A stretch of DNA of 64,000 nt from the human T2T-CHM13v2.0 reference genome, Homo sapiens, in the NCBI RefSeq assembly GCF_009914755.1, contig NC_060941.1; one strand, given 5' to 3'. Below, piece by piece: positions 53,897 through 64,000 of this stretch. A program made the position numbers and the translations under genes. The notes beneath the pieces are model-generated. The model was not told the origin of the DNA. It searched no databases and saw only the letters and a list, made by a program, of their open reading frames with translations. Within the stretch, counting starts at the first letter, position 1, and the number at the start of each line of letters is the position of its first letter.

Positions 53897-54719
53897 TAGC
53901 CAGGATGGTCTCGATCTCCTGACCTCGTGATCCGCCCACCTTGGCCTCCCAAAGTGCTGGGATTACAGGCGTGAGACACCGCGCCCGGCCTATACGGATA
54001 ATTTATAACAATTGGCCATGTATGAGGCAACAAAGTTTACCTCAAATTTAAAAAATCAATAGTATACTGATAATATTATCTAACTATAACACAATTAGGT
54101 CAGAAGTCAAAAACAGAAAACTTTCAAAACTTCCAATGTAGAAACTCTATAGACGAGGTTAGCAAACATTTTTTATAAAGGGCCAGTTATTAACTGGAGC
54201 TATTATTAAAAATTAAATTACACACATTTAAAAATAATAAATAATATTAAAAACAAAGGTAATGAATACTCAAAATCACCACTTCTTAATTATTTTATAT
54301 TTTACTATAACGTATGCTTTTTTTTTTTTCTTTTTTTGAAACAAGGTCTCTCTTTGTCACCCAGGCCGGAGTGCAGTGGCACAACCATGGCTAACTGCAG
54401 CCTCAATCTCCCAAGCTCAAATGAGCCTCCCACCTCAGCCTCCCAAGTAGCTGGGACTACAAGCATCATGACAAACTGAGTGTGCCACCACACTCAGCTA
54501 ATTTTAAAGTATTTTTTGTAGAGACAGGGTCTCACTATGTTGCCCAGGCTGTTGTCCAATTCCTAGGTTCAAGCGATCCTCCTGCTTCAGTCTCCCAAAG
54601 TACTGCTGGGATTATAGGTGTGAGCCACCACGCCCATCCTAATCTGTGATTTTGAGTTTATTTACATCTATCAATTGTATCTGTATTGTGAGAATACTAT
54701 TATTATGGTATACTATTTT

Positions 54720-57955
<3,236 letters not shown>

Positions 57956-58299
57956 AGCCTACATAATGGTGTGCTATTGAGCATCTCTTCCCAGCTCTGT
58001 ATTCAGTGGTATCACATTGATAGCTTGGAATCAGACATAATGGGAGTATTTACACAATAGTAATTGGCAAATACTACAAAACGAGACTTTTTTTTTCAGG
58101 GATCTACTTGTTAAATGTTTATCAGCACACCATTGGATGTACAACTTTGAATTGCATCCAAAGAATAAAATGGAGTGAAGGATGAATAGATGCATGTTAA
58201 AGCAAATATAGTAAAAAGTAGAATCAAGATGGGTATGTATCATATGTTCACTGTTCCATTATTTCAACTTTGTTTTATATTTGAAATTTTTCATACTAA

Positions 58300-58479
<180 letters not shown>

Positions 58480-58518
58480 TAGATGGGATTACAGGTGCCC
58501 ACCACCACACCCGGCTAA

Positions 58519-58680
<162 letters not shown>

Positions 58681-58924
58681 TGATATAAAAGATGCTTGAC
58701 ATCTCATAAGTAGTAACGAAGGCCAGCAAACAATGGAACTAATTTTTATTTTTTTCAAGAGAAAGGTTCTCACTATGTTACCCAGGCTGGAGTACAGTGG
58801 CTATTCACAGACACAATCATAATGTACTATATCCTTGAACTCCTGGGCTCAAGGGATCCTACTGCCTCAGCCTCCTAAGTAGCTGGGACTACAAGCACGC
58901 TCCACCACGCCCAGCTTGGAGCTA

Positions 58925-59210
58925 CATTTTTAAAGTGCTGAAAGCGGGGAAAAAACCGTCAACCCAAAATTATATATCCAACAAAATTATCCTTTAACAA
59001 TGAAGGTGAAATAGTGACATTTTCAGTTAAACAAAAGCTGAGATAATTTGTCACTTGGAGACTGCACCTCAAGAAGTGGTAAAGAAAATTATTCACACTG
59101 AAGATAAATTATACTACATTATACAGATCTACAGAAATAAATGAAAGACATTGGAAATGGCAAATTTGTAGGTAAATACAGAAATTATTTTTTCTTTTCT
59201 TAATCTCTTT
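58925..59210 (+). mobile_element. Old L1M ORF1-end/inter-ORF fragment (resumes at ~63705-64000); host of the RAP1A retrocopy
   Basis: aaaattatatatccaacaaaattatcc...aatgaaggtgaaata...aaaagctgaga ORF1 motif. Confidence 0.6.
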
Positions 59211-61790
<2,580 letters not shown>

Positions 61791-61965
61791 TTTCACAATT
61801 TTTATAAAGTATAACTATTTTTTAAAAAATTAACAGCTTTGTTGAGCTATAATTCACACACCCTACAGTTTCCCTATTTAAATGTACAATTAAATGGTTT
61901 TTAATATTTTCACAGAGTTGTGCAACCATCATCACAGTCAATTTTAGAACATTTTCATCACCCGC

Positions 61966-63503
<1,538 letters not shown>

Positions 63504-64000
63504 CCCACCAAAACAAATAAACAAAAACAAAACCTGTACTTGTTGGTAGTCAACTCCCCTTTCCCCAGCACCTCCTCCACAGGTCTAGGCAACCGTTGAA
63601 CTATTTTCTGTCACTACAGATTTTCCTATTCTGTACATCTCATAAAAATGGAATCATACAGCTTGTGGTCTTTTGTGACTGGCTTCATTCACCTAGCATA
63701 ATGTTAAACAAAAAATAACATTGTATTTTGGGGTTTACAATGTATGTATAAATAAAATATATGACAACAGTGTTACAGAAGAAAGAGAAGTAAACAGAAT
63801 TATATTATTGTAATTCTACATAGGCTGTATATTTTAATAACTAGCTCAACCACTAAAAATAAAAAGAGGCATAACTAAAAAGCCAATAGAGGAAATAAAT
63901 AAAATAGAGTTCTAAAAATATAATCAGTTAACCTAAAAGAAGGAAAGAAAGGCGAATTGATGTACAAATAGACGGGATAAATAAAAAACAAATAGCAAGA

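Overview
Human (or closely related great-ape) genomic DNA, recognisable as the 17q11.2 SARM1-SLC46A1 locus. Positions 1 to about 22.1 kb hold two convergent genes. SARM1 coding exons 3-9 lie on the + strand (end of ARM, SAM1/SAM2 and the TIR NADase domain; stop at 12136-12138). The complete five-exon SLC46A1/PCFT gene (459 aa) lies on the - strand, with a CpG-island promoter near 22.06 kb. All splice junctions were checked by hand for GT-AG boundaries and reading frame. The remaining ~42 kb is intergenic and repeat-dense: more than 50 Alus, L1M/L2/MIR fragments, ERV1 and MaLR LTRs, and DNA transposons. It also holds a near full-length H3F3A-type processed pseudogene, a RAP1A processed pseudogene split by four Alus, and a probable SVA2 element. 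I found no new protein-coding gene or multi-gene system. The most unusual signals are: (i) a ~320-bp, ~90%-identical local inverted duplication around a 1.4-kb spacer; (ii) two tiny TSD-flanked, A-tailed retro-insertions (19 nt of unknown origin, and ~43 nt of ERV1-LTR sequence); (iii) a CAG|GAG tandem acceptor lying exactly on SARM1's catalytic Glu642; (iv) a probable SARM1/SLC46A1 sense-antisense overlap with dual-use and LTR-derived poly(A) signals; and (v) a perfect DR4 nuclear-receptor element in unique DNA. Repeat family names come from my memory of consensus sequences, and repeat boundaries are approximate.
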